64,000 nucleotides of DNA from a virus (taxonomy: Duplodnaviria > Caudoviricetes): positions 41,851 to 105,850 of the IMG/VR virus record IMGVR_UViG_3300012344_000017; one strand, written 5' to 3'. Below the pieces are notes generated by a model that ran no database searches, was not told the DNA's origin, and worked only from the letters and a program-made list of their open reading frames with translations. This document shows, one piece after another, positions 24,781 to 34,188 of this stretch. Within the stretch, counting starts at the first letter, position 1, and each line of letters opens with the position of its first letter. The position numbers were made by a program, and so were the translations under genes.

Positions 24781-26364
24781 TTACTTAAATATTCTATCCC
24801 AATGTGTTGTAATCGTTCCATCTTCGTTGCCTTCTGCAATAACTATATCCTTACCAGCTATATGTCTAGCACGAGCTTCCATGATGGTATCAGATGTACC
24901 ACCCTTAAAGGATATGTGGGTTTCATTGCCTTTGCGATAGACGTAGCCTACCGCATCGGCTAATCCACATACAATCTTACTTAATTTTCCAACTAAGTCT
25001 AGTTCTTTTGCAGACGCCTCAACACCATCCTTTTCGGTTATTGTATCTTTAACGTGGCCAACGAGAATAAATTCGTCACACAAATCTCGGAACATATCAA
25101 TCACCTTCTTTACTGCATCTCTTAAATACTTGTAGCCTGCACCGTTAGGTAAAGTTGTAACGTCGGTACCTTCCCACTTTTTCCCCATAGGGGTTTGGCG
25201 ATCTTTTGCATTCTATATAGTTCGCAAAGCTATATACGTTCTTTTATAAACTGCTGTACGTCACCGTACAGAATAGACTATATCATCTCCTTTTACCTTA
25301 TGCGGCAGTCAGGAGTTCCGTACTTCCATCACCATTAGCTTGTGATGTACTCCCTTTCGGGATAGTCGTTGAACACCTATCAACGTGAGTTTTATAAATT
25401 TCTCCAATTTTAGAAAACCATTTATCTATATCAAATTTATTTTTCATAATATTACACATCCCGCAACAAGGAACACAATTATCCAAAGTGTAATCTTTAG
25501 ATGAATCTATCCTATCTATTCCCATTGCGTTTTCTTTTCCGCAATAAAAACATTTCGAAGTTAACATTTTTTCTGCTTCTTCTTTAGATAGAAAAGATTT
25601 AACAGTCTTTCCTTTTCTGTTACTATTGTGTGTATATTTTGATATTTGCATATTTAGCAATCTTTTTTCTTTCGGATACTTTTTATTAGCTGTTTCAACT
25701 TGCAAATCACCTACACAGTTAGTGCATGATTTTGGTATATATTTCTTGTTAAAAAATCTATCACTTCTAACTACGGATTCAGATCCACATCTCGAACATC
25801 TTACCTTAAAATATGTCCTTTTTGATTGCTTTTCTTTATCATAGTCTTCATGATCTATACCAATACAAGTTAAGACTCCCCACGTTTTCCCAATATACTT
25901 TTCTAAAGTCTCTTGTTTCATAATAAATGCTGCTGATTTTCTTTCCTATTATGTTTTATATTGCTATAACGATACAAATGGGAAAGAGGTTTCAGCAATT
26001 CACGGAATTTTCTGTAGATATTTCTATCTATAGCTCCATTTTCACAGAGGGTACAAGCATAGCTCATACAAATATCTTCAAGACGTGTAGCATTGTCGAT
26101 AGTGATATGTTTGTAGAAATTATGACCTACTTCTTTATTCTTGGCACGAATGGCACTAGCAGCTTCTCCTAAGTCATTGATCGTACGACACTGGATGGCC
26201 ATCGCATCAATAAACGTTGAACCTCCCTCGAGATCAATAATAAGATTATTGTCTAGCTGTGCAAGACATGAGGTCTTACCAGCTTTAGGAAGTCCATACA
26301 AGATTAAATATCTTGGATTTTCAGAGAGTGCTGGAATTTTACTTGTAGGTAATGTTAAACTCAT
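24781..26364 (-). CDS. Sak4-like AAA ATPase/recombinase, spliced (exon 1 26364-26046, exon 2 25202-24781; 246 aa)
   Basis: Walker A YGLPKAGKTS, IDLEGG, ITIDN, ILVGH and ADAVGY; the junction CTC T|AT CGC restores ACTLYRQTPMG; joined exons total 741 nt. Confidence 0.88.
25203..26045 (-). mobile_element. Group I intron (IA2-like), 843 nt
   Basis: 5' exon ends in U with P1 CTCT/GGAG (U-G pair); terminal G; core elements GAATTGCTGAAA, R GTTCAACGACTA followed by a CCCGAAAGGG hairpin, and S GATGATATAGTCT. Confidence 0.9.
25298..25921 (-). CDS. Intron-encoded HNH (His-Me finger) homing endonuclease
   Basis: CFYCG...GIDRIDS..DYTLDNCVPCCGMCN..K; N-terminal Cys pairs; AT-rich. Confidence 0.88.
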   Translation of the reverse strand: MKQETLEKYIGKTWGVLTCIGIDHEDYDKEKQSKRTYFKVRCSRCGSESVVRSDRFFNKKYIPKSCTNCVGDLQVETANKKYPKEKRLLNMQISKYTHNSNRKGKTVKSFLSKEEAEKMLTSKCFYCGKENAMGIDRIDSSKDYTLDNCVPCCGMCNIMKNKFDIDKWFSKIGEIYKTHVDRCSTTIPKGSTSQANGDGSTELLTAA

Positions 26365-26392
26365 GATACTGTGATACTTAAGTTATGTTTTA

Positions 26393-26848
26393 TTAAAGCT
26401 TAATGTTAATCTCAATAATAATCTTCTTCTTCTCTGGTGCAAGACTAGAGATAAAGTCGAAATTATCGAAATCTGAATAGCTATAGAGGTCTGTACCAAT
26501 TTGGATCTCATCATCGTAGAAGATGATTGCTGTACCATCAGAAAGACGATAGAGCTTACCCAAGGTGATACCCTTAGCCTTCTTCTTGTTGTAACCAGCA
26601 AGAATCTTGCAAGCCTTAGTGAACAAATCGTCACCCTTCAGAGACTTGCAGATATAAGTATTATCAATGTCTGCAAACATAGCGTCAATCAAATTTGCCT
26701 CCTTCTCCTTCTTTGTCTTAGTAAACAAATAAGAGTTATTCTTCATTACAGTATCAAGAATAATATTATCAAGCATCTTTGAATAAATGTTACCATTGTT
26801 AGTAGTGTTAGCAGTATTGTTGTTAAACTTAATATCAAATGTTGTCAT
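26393..26848 (-). CDS. Hypothetical protein
   Basis: 151-aa ORF in the operon with biased codon usage. Confidence 0.75.
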   Translation of the reverse strand: MTTFDIKFNNNTANTTNNGNIYSKMLDNIILDTVMKNNSYLFTKTKKEKEANLIDAMFADIDNTYICKSLKGDDLFTKACKILAGYNKKKAKGITLGKLYRLSDGTAIIFYDDEIQIGTDLYSYSDFDNFDFISSLAPEKKKIIIEINIKL

Positions 26849-26873
26849 AATTCAGCCTATATATTTTAAATGC

Positions 26874-27800
26874 TTAGCATTCAATCAAGTTGTTATACGC
26901 AAGGTCATTCTGGAATTCAAGTATACAGGGCTTTCCTGCATCTCTATTCTTAAGCATATGTAAATATACTTTGTTTTGAGTCGGCAAATGACTGGGACCA
27001 TATTCTTGTATACCAAGTATTTCTGGTCTATGAATAACTATTACGTAGTCGCTGGCTTGAAATAGTGCGTCAGCGGATGAAATGTCGCTTCTCATCGGAT
27101 AATGCGACAATGGGTTATTAATTCTTTCTGGAGATTCAATATTTCTATTCATTTGCGCTAATTGCACAATGGATGTCATAGGATACTTTTTCGCACTGAT
27201 AAAAACTCTTTCGAGCTCTTGCATTGTCTCGATCACAGAGCCAATAGGTTTGGTTAAAAGGGCGTGATCATACATAATGACAAAGTGTTTATTAGTACCT
27301 TTAACGTAGGTATGATAGAAATACCTAATAATATCTTCTGCTTCCTTGGGAGTAGTTGGATTATCTACAAAGTAGATAGGATACTCCTTTAGTTGATTAG
27401 ATACTTGTACGACTTTTCTGAAGGTATCGTCGTCAAGGTCCGTTTCCGAACTATACAAAGTCGAAGTCGTTTTCCTAAGCTTACTAGAAAGCGTTCTTCC
27501 AACTTGCCTAAATCCAACCATTTCTAATGAAAAAACCAGAATTACTATTTCTTCCTCCGGGTTCAGATCAATAATATCGGTACTTATCTCGTTTGCAAAA
27601 CTCGATTTACCACTTCCTGAAATACCAGCTATGGTGTAAACGGTATTTGGTTCAATACCTCCCATACATTGCTTATTAAACTTCTTCCATCTAGTCTTAA
27701 GAGATACTATAGAGTGATCTCTACGACCAGATATATACGTAATAGCTTCTTGAGCTACTACGGACATTGGTCGTATAAGATTAGATAAGTTCTGTTCCAT
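26874..27800 (-). CDS. dnaB: Replicative DnaB-family helicase (motor domain only)
   Basis: AGISGSGKS, FSLEM, QLAQMNR, ASDYVIVIHRP and KNRD motifs. Confidence 0.9.
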   Translation of the reverse strand: MEQNLSNLIRPMSVVAQEAITYISGRRDHSIVSLKTRWKKFNKQCMGGIEPNTVYTIAGISGSGKSSFANEISTDIIDLNPEEEIVILVFSLEMVGFRQVGRTLSSKLRKTTSTLYSSETDLDDDTFRKVVQVSNQLKEYPIYFVDNPTTPKEAEDIIRYFYHTYVKGTNKHFVIMYDHALLTKPIGSVIETMQELERVFISAKKYPMTSIVQLAQMNRNIESPERINNPLSHYPMRSDISSADALFQASDYVIVIHRPEILGIQEYGPSHLPTQNKVYLHMLKNRDAGKPCILEFQNDLAYNNLIEC

Positions 27801-28347
27801 AAGTTGATTCCTCCTGTTTAGAGTTGTCTTGCATTTCTTCCTCAGATTCTTCCCACTGATGATCTACTAGCCATCGCCACATCGTCTTCATATAACTCAG
27901 TTTACCTTCGTTAGTCTTTTTCTTCATTTCAAAGTCAAGACACTGAATAAGATGTTGAGCCATAGCTTCGCTTTGTCCAGCGTAAACATTGAACAGATGT
28001 CTGCACTTATTCACATTGGCTCTTAGATAGTTTTTAGTACCATCTGGTCGTAGAACATAAATTGGGTACATCTCGTAGAACAGATCGAAATAGTCCTTTT
28101 TAGGGCGAACTATATTATTAAGCGTTTCTGTTGCATGATATGTAATTGACTTACCTCTCTCTATCGAGGTAATAAGTCCCTGAGAAATTAAGCTTGATAC
28201 GTCTTCGTCGCTAACTAGGCTGACAATTTTGCGGACGTCTTGATTGTAAGTTTTTTGATTCTTATCCAGTACCAAGCTTAGGAATATTAATTGATTTGAG
28301 TTTATTCCTGGAATATCCAGGAGTTTTGTGTTTAGTTCAATAATCAT
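27781..28347 (-). CDS. Putative replication initiator/helicase loader (wHTH-like)
   Basis: Lies between PolB and DnaB; LISQGLI wHTH-like segment; FDLFYEMYP and RWL...QWE motifs. Confidence 0.5.
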   Translation of the reverse strand: MIIELNTKLLDIPGINSNQLIFLSLVLDKNQKTYNQDVRKIVSLVSDEDVSSLISQGLITSIERGKSITYHATETLNNIVRPKKDYFDLFYEMYPIYVLRPDGTKNYLRANVNKCRHLFNVYAGQSEAMAQHLIQCLDFEMKKKTNEGKLSYMKTMWRWLVDHQWEESEEEMQDNSKQEESTYGTELI

Positions 28348-28368
28348 CTTATATACGTAGATAAACGA

Positions 28369-30279
28369 TTAATCATCGAATAATGTTAACTGACGATTGA
28401 TGAACTCACTAACAATCTTGTTAGCTTTACCAATATAATATTGATAGTTTATCCATTTGCCAGCTGTATCGCTGTTAATAATGTTGTTAATAATACGAAC
28501 TCCACAGTCAGTTATTTTTGCTTCTTTGCGAGGTTCGTATTCTTTTTCTTTAACACGCATTAGGTAACAGCCGCTATTTGACGCGTAATATCTGTTAATC
28601 CTTTGAACAGGTTTACCGCCATGTTCAACTTTAAACTCCCTGTTTACGCCTTGAGACATTAGGAAGTCACGGATATCTCTATCCTCCTTAACAAATTTGT
28701 CTATCGGTTGTTTTGCCAAAAAATAGTTTATCACAGCTTTTGGAATAACAACTGGTGTCATACTATTGTTAAGACCTATTTCTGTGATAAACCTGCCTTT
28801 CTTTTCTATCAGTCCTGGGTCTCTAGATTGAGAGTATCCCTTGCGAATTCCAAAGTAATTATTCACGTCGTACTGATAAAACGACTCATAGTCATCGGAT
28901 TCAAAGGTAAGCTGAGTTAGTTGCTCAACGCTCCTAATTGCATCGACTATAGCGAAGCGGGCGGACTCGTCAGCAATATAAACGACACCATCTGTGTTGA
29001 CTTGTACAATCTCACAATTCAACGCAATAAGCTTATCTACTAGCATTAATAGTATAAGTTGTCCATTTATACGTATTTTGTATATGCTAAGCGGATCATA
29101 CGCCCAGCTACCTTCTTGTTGCATCTTTCCGGTAAGAGCATTGAGAGCCTGTTTAAACGCCTTAGACTTCAATTTCTCTCCACTATGTTTGGCAGTAATC
29201 CTCTCTTCGTATAGAGATTTATACACATTCCAAAAATCTTCTCCCAAGTGGGCAGGCAGCCATTTGTGTATGAGTGCCAATGACGGATACATTGAAGTAA
29301 CGTCTGAGTGTCCTATAAATTGTCCATCTTTGGGTTTGTATATTCTAGGTTCGTTAATAGTGTGTATGCCACCCTCACCTATAGAATAGCAATTGTTCGA
29401 GAGAACAAACTTCTTCTCGTAGTTTTCTTGTTTCTTGTCGGACTTACATGGATTGCATGTAGCGTTCTTTACATCCACCAAGACTTCTTTCAACTTTGGA
29501 TTAGAATATTGTATAAATGGAAGTATAATGTCTTTTAAATGAATATCCCCGACCTTTCGAGTAATTGCTTTAAGCTCGTCTTTAGACGCTTTGTTGTACT
29601 TTCTGTACTCTTTAAGCAATATCTCCTCTCCAAATCGTACTCCACTCATAGAAAGAGCGTCAAACCCCCATTCTGTTTCTACAGTCAATCGTAGTTCTAC
29701 TTCGTCTTTTACCTTATTAAGTAAAGCTTCAGTAGCTTCTACGTCGTTGACATTGTATGCTATCATGTCGTCAATCTCCTCATTGAGGAGTCTAGAGTCG
29801 AAGTCTCCATTAAACTCTTGTACATTTGGCATATTTAACAAGATTTCAATTTCCTTAAGACTCTTCTGTTGTTTAGAACTATATAGCATAGTCATAAGGT
29901 CGAAAGAATAAAAGTAATTCGCATACTTATATTCTTTAATCCTATCAATTTTTTCTGTTCTCTCTGAACTTATAATTTCTTTACTCAAAAAGTATAAAGA
30001 ATTACAAATACGAAGATAACCTAACCGCTTCATAGTACCACAAAATCGTATCATGTAGTTTATTATTATGTCATCATAATGCTTATTGTTATATCCACAT
30101 ATGACGTGTTCTACTCTTTTGCAGTAAAAGAAGTCAACTAGCTCTTCTAGTTGATTTTTTCGGTTAGATATCTCGAATTTATATAGTTTATGACTTTCGG
30201 AATCTTTACAAGTACAATGAAAACAGTTAGGAAAAACCTCTATGTCATACAGAACTACTGGTCTATCCTTTACTATCAT
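28369..30279 (-). CDS. polB: Family B DNA polymerase
   Basis: Exonuclease motifs YDIE, GYNNKHYD, YNVND; polymerase motifs DVTSMYPS, KQALNALTG, NTDG. ATG at 30279 preferred over the listed 30327 start. Confidence 0.92.
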   Translation of the reverse strand: MIVKDRPVVLYDIEVFPNCFHCTCKDSESHKLYKFEISNRKNQLEELVDFFYCKRVEHVICGYNNKHYDDIIINYMIRFCGTMKRLGYLRICNSLYFLSKEIISSERTEKIDRIKEYKYANYFYSFDLMTMLYSSKQQKSLKEIEILLNMPNVQEFNGDFDSRLLNEEIDDMIAYNVNDVEATEALLNKVKDEVELRLTVETEWGFDALSMSGVRFGEEILLKEYRKYNKASKDELKAITRKVGDIHLKDIILPFIQYSNPKLKEVLVDVKNATCNPCKSDKKQENYEKKFVLSNNCYSIGEGGIHTINEPRIYKPKDGQFIGHSDVTSMYPSLALIHKWLPAHLGEDFWNVYKSLYEERITAKHSGEKLKSKAFKQALNALTGKMQQEGSWAYDPLSIYKIRINGQLILLMLVDKLIALNCEIVQVNTDGVVYIADESARFAIVDAIRSVEQLTQLTFESDDYESFYQYDVNNYFGIRKGYSQSRDPGLIEKKGRFITEIGLNNSMTPVVIPKAVINYFLAKQPIDKFVKEDRDIRDFLMSQGVNREFKVEHGGKPVQRINRYYASNSGCYLMRVKEKEYEPRKEAKITDCGVRIINNIINSDTAGKWINYQYYIGKANKIVSEFINRQLTLFDD

Positions 30280-30281
30280 AG

Positions 30282-30334
30282 TCCCTAGTGAGGGTTTGCA
30301 CCTCGCAGTCATATCCTTTTGGAGCACACTAGGG
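30282..30334 (-). ncRNA. Minimal tRNA-like element abutting the polB start codon
   Basis: CCCTAGT...GAGG-TGCAAAC-CCTC-ACTAGGG-A, ending 2 nt before the ATG. Confidence 0.5.
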
Positions 30335-30373
30335 TAACCACTGGTGTCGTGGTCGATTTTTTAAAAGACTAGA

Positions 30374-31036
30374 TTATGCTGCTATTCGCATTTGTTTATC
30401 TGCATTTGGCAGCAGTATTCGTCCAGTCTTTCTGCGATGGTCTCGCAAGTTTGTACAAACAAGATTTCCACGTTTTGCTTTTACCTTATTTGTTTCCTTG
30501 CGAGCCATTTTAATGACTTTACTGTGTTCTGGAAGATTGTTTACTCCTCCATACTTTACAGTATCACCATTGTCTTTTATCTGAGCAATTTCTTGCTCTT
30601 GAAACTTCTCCTCGGATGATTTAAATCGTCCAATGAGATGTAGTTTGTCATACTTAGCGACGATCAGGTCTCTAATATGTTCCTCTGCCGTATTCTTTTG
30701 CTCTTCCCATACTGGGAATTGCTGCGCGTAGAAGAGGTCATCTTTCTGTACAGGACACGGGTGTTTATGTTCCCACTTTTGCAACTTGTGTTGCACATAT
30801 CCTTCCATAAGCTCAATCCGGTTAAGCTTCTTACTCTTTGTGCGAGATTCAATTGTGTTTGAATCACGTTTGAGCAATAAGAACCAAGGTCTCTTACGCT
30901 TAAGGCCATGTATATTATGTTCTTTACAGAACTTGTGAGTTGTACCATGATGCTTATCAAATTCATCAAGCCATGCCCATTTGATTTTACGGTACTCGCT
31001 AACATAGTCTTCCAAATATTGATTATCTGTTTTCAT
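30374..31036 (-). CDS. Hypothetical basic protein
   Basis: 220-aa ORF with AT-rich leader. Confidence 0.75.
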   Translation of the reverse strand: MKTDNQYLEDYVSEYRKIKWAWLDEFDKHHGTTHKFCKEHNIHGLKRKRPWFLLLKRDSNTIESRTKSKKLNRIELMEGYVQHKLQKWEHKHPCPVQKDDLFYAQQFPVWEEQKNTAEEHIRDLIVAKYDKLHLIGRFKSSEEKFQEQEIAQIKDNGDTVKYGGVNNLPEHSKVIKMARKETNKVKAKRGNLVCTNLRDHRRKTGRILLPNADKQMRIAA

Positions 31037-31053
31037 AACGTATATTTTTTAAA

Positions 31054-32040
31054 TTAAGCTGCTTGTTTAACTGACTTTGGTTTAATTTCCTTTACTTGCG
31101 TAGGCTTCTTGTTTACAGGTTTGGCTGCATGCTTAAGAGCTCTACGAGCCTTTCGCCCAGCAGCTTTACTACCATGGCGGAATTCATGCGTAGCTTCTTC
31201 TTCTTTCTTCTTAGCGGTCTGCTTTGCACGACGAAGATTATAGAAGTTTACATTACGAACCTTAGAGCATTCTACGCTATGGGGAGATCCACCTTTCTTA
31301 GGCTTCTTTGTTTTAATTGACTCAATGGGCACGCCAGCAGCATCAAATGGATTTACTCCATCTGTACGATACTGATAAAACGTAGCGTTACCTATGAGCT
31401 CACGAAGCTTCTCTATTGCACTCTTAGGAACACCTTTAAAGAATGCTGTAGAGTTTGTAATACTTGCAGCCTTAATACCACAATCCTTTACGATCTTCTC
31501 AATCTCCTTACGTTTCTTGAGAGCTGCGTCACAGACTACAACGACATCATAGACTGTAGCTGAGTTCCACTGTTTCTTAGCAGCGTCTACAACCTTCTTA
31601 GTTGTAGCCTCATCAAGTTTCATTCGAGAACAACGACGTGTAATAGAAGCAATGTGACGAGCTTCTGCTGTCTTACGACGCTCCTCCTGCTTCTTCTTAC
31701 GCTCCTCTAGAGTCATTTTAACGACTGCTGGAGCCTTTGTCTTCTTGGAGTCGATCAACTTATCCATAATGCTCTTTTTACGAGCTTTACGGGTCTCTAT
31801 GCGAGCCTTAGAGGCTGCGTATTTTTTCTCCTCCTTGAGCTTCTTAGCTTCTTTCTTAGCAGCTTTAAGCTCAGCGTTCTTCTTGGCTTTCTCTTTGTCA
31901 GCCTCGCGACGCTTCTGAATGTTCTCTACTGTATTGTTAGCAGACTTAGACTCTTCCTTCTTAGCTGCCTCAGCCTTTGCTGGTGTATTATTTATCTTAG
32001 CTTGAACCTTCTTCTGGTTCTTCTTATTCTTCTTTGACAT
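31054..32040 (-). CDS. Very Lys/Ala/Arg-rich protein (putative nucleic-acid binding)
   Basis: 328 aa; histone-H1-like composition around a small globular core. Confidence 0.75.
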   Translation of the reverse strand: MSKKNKKNQKKVQAKINNTPAKAEAAKKEESKSANNTVENIQKRREADKEKAKKNAELKAAKKEAKKLKEEKKYAASKARIETRKARKKSIMDKLIDSKKTKAPAVVKMTLEERKKKQEERRKTAEARHIASITRRCSRMKLDEATTKKVVDAAKKQWNSATVYDVVVVCDAALKKRKEIEKIVKDCGIKAASITNSTAFFKGVPKSAIEKLRELIGNATFYQYRTDGVNPFDAAGVPIESIKTKKPKKGGSPHSVECSKVRNVNFYNLRRAKQTAKKKEEEATHEFRHGSKAAGRKARRALKHAAKPVNKKPTQVKEIKPKSVKQAA

Positions 32041-32161
32041 AATTTTGATAATTAAATGTGTTAATAATGTTATTTTTAAGGCAAGGGATTCCTTATTGTA
32101 GTTCGTGTAAGTCTCGATCTTACTCCTCTCGGCGACCCAAATGTCTCGAACTTATTGTAGT

Positions 32162-32710
32162 TTATATAGCCATATCCTGCTCGAACTTACTTACAATATC
32201 ACCAGTAATCTCAATAGAAGTCTCGTTATTAAACTTCTCAAGATTAGCGTCGTACTTATTTGCTAGTAGTTGATGCTCATGGATAAGCTGCGCAATCTTT
32301 GCTGATGAGAAAATCTCACGCTTAGGCATCGCCTTTAATCCCTTCTTTGCCTTAGTTGATGGATCAAGTGTCTTGATCATCTTAAGTTGAGCGATAGCCT
32401 CCTTAGCCTCACAGGCTGCAAAGATACTATAATTATTTGTCTTCTTAAAGCCCTCATAAGAGAACGTTGTAGTACCTGTATTAAGAGCCAACAAAATACC
32501 CTTAATTATAATACGCTTCTCACTAAGCTGGATAATCTGATTATACAAGCTCTTGAGATCTAAGCCAGAACCCTGTTTAGCTGCTACGGCCTTCTTTGCC
32601 ATAAGGTTCTCTGCTCGAATAATTCGCCAATACTTGTTAATAGTTGTGTCAAGATTCTTGCGAATAGTAATAATATTTGCTGAGTTCAATTTAATTGATT
32701 TCTTATTCAT
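32162..32710 (-). CDS. Hypothetical helical protein
   Basis: 182-aa ORF. Confidence 0.75.
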   Translation of the reverse strand: MNKKSIKLNSANIITIRKNLDTTINKYWRIIRAENLMAKKAVAAKQGSGLDLKSLYNQIIQLSEKRIIIKGILLALNTGTTTFSYEGFKKTNNYSIFAACEAKEAIAQLKMIKTLDPSTKAKKGLKAMPKREIFSSAKIAQLIHEHQLLANKYDANLEKFNNETSIEITGDIVSKFEQDMAI

Positions 32711-32804
32711 ATAGTTTGATTAAAATTAAACAATTACTTGAATCCAGCCATTTGCCTAGTTCTACAGTTATAAGTTAATATAAAAGTAGATAAAGTGATC
32801 CCTT

Positions 32805-33171
32805 GGTAGTCAAACCCCTCGGGGTTCGACCACCTATTCCCCTCGGGGAATGTTTTAGAGATGCACTTTAAAAATGATTCTTTATGATTTTTAATACACT
32901 GTTGTATGTTCTATACAAGTCTACCCATTCATGAAATGCATAATTGTCGGCGCACCGATTCATATACCATTCCCTCGGGAATGTTTCTGTTTATGGATAA
33001 ACTCGTTTAGCTCCTACAATACCATACTCAATCTCAATAAGAGGATCACCTACACAGTCCTTAAAAGAAAGGACTTTCTTTTTACTTCCGTTGATGTTGA
33101 TCACAAGATTCTCTGGATAATTACGTTCTGCGTTAAGCCTTGGCCCTTGCACCCGGGACCCCTCGGGGTCC
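32805..33171. repeat. Four hairpins sharing a CTCG (CGAG on - strand) tetraloop
   Basis: 32805-32834, 32836-32851, 32968-32983 and 33156-33171; different stems, same loop. Confidence 0.65.
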
Positions 33172-33578
33172 GCTCCTACGCCATCAGTAATTTTAGATTT
33201 CTGAGCAACCTTGGTAGCAACATCATACAGACGTCCTACGACCCAGTCATAAGATTTCTCCTTGACTGCTTTCATCACGATTTCTCGTGATAATCCTTCG
33301 ATAATAGCGGTTTGGTTTACGCCAGTCGAAAGATTCACTAGTGCTTCCCATACCTTGAGAGCAAAGTCTACAAATGATACGGTTCGCTGACAACCAATAA
33401 GTTTGTTCCACCATTGAACTTTGGTTTCGCCAAGAATGACGTCACCATTGTCCATAATAGTGTACATTTTATACTTATCAATGTGATCGAGTTTCTCGAA
33501 CACTGTTGCCTTAATCTGAGGTTCTAAGAGCAACATACCTACCAGCTTCTTGCTCTTTTCAGACAAGATAGCTTCCAT
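32991..33578 (-). CDS. Hypothetical protein
   Basis: 195-aa ORF. Confidence 0.75.
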   Translation of the reverse strand: MEAILSEKSKKLVGMLLLEPQIKATVFEKLDHIDKYKMYTIMDNGDVILGETKVQWWNKLIGCQRTVSFVDFALKVWEALVNLSTGVNQTAIIEGLSREIVMKAVKEKSYDWVVGRLYDVATKVAQKSKITDGVGADPEGSRVQGPRLNAERNYPENLVININGSKKKVLSFKDCVGDPLIEIEYGIVGAKRVYP

Positions 33579-33582
33579 AGGT

Positions 33583-34188
33583 CTATGCTGTTACATTAAC
33601 CTTAACGGATACCTCAGCCTGTGGCTTAGACTTCTCCTTCTCGTCGAAGTATGTAGCTACCTTGTTTTCGTTTGCGCTAATGGCAGAAACACACTGAGCT
33701 TTTGCCTTGTTACACATCTCGATAATTGCATCGAGACGGGCAATCTCTGCACGATTGAGCTGGTTCATCAACAAGCCCATCTTCTTAGGATCAGAGAAGA
33801 CCATCTTCTTCTCAGGGTTCTTCATAGCCTCACGTACAGCCTCTTCAGTTGTCTTACCGAAGCTGCTAAGTGTTGCTGCTGGAACCTCGATCTCAAGATC
33901 TGTCTCTGGATTAATCTTAAGCACAACTTCACCTGCGATATTCTCAGTCACTCGCATGTCTGTCACTGTTGTAGAGAAGACACTGAAGCGACGAGGAGAA
34001 CGATTGAGACATAAGTCTGCATCTCCACTTGCATGAATGTTAGCTATGATCTTCTCATAGTCCTGGTTGAATACACGGGTCTGAGGAGTAAATACATCCT
34101 GACCGAAAAGATTACCACCGATCTGACTCAGTGGGGTACGATTTGCTTTAACTGTTGTTTCCACGATGTTTACATTAACGTTTTCCAT
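33583..34188 (-). CDS. Hypothetical protein (TAG stop)
   Basis: 201-aa ORF ending TAG, 4 nt before the next ATG. Confidence 0.78.
   Translation of the reverse strand: MENVNVNIVETTVKANRTPLSQIGGNLFGQDVFTPQTRVFNQDYEKIIANIHASGDADLCLNRSPRRFSVFSTTVTDMRVTENIAGEVVLKINPETDLEIEVPAATLSSFGKTTEEAVREAMKNPEKKMVFSDPKKMGLLMNQLNRAEIARLDAIIEMCNKAKAQCVSAISANENKVATYFDEKEKSKPQAEVSVKVNVTA

Noticed and set aside
30280-30327. N-terminal extension of PolB given in the ORF track
   Set aside because: Overlaps a structured RNA element; ATG 30279 places the exonuclease motif at the usual N-terminal position.
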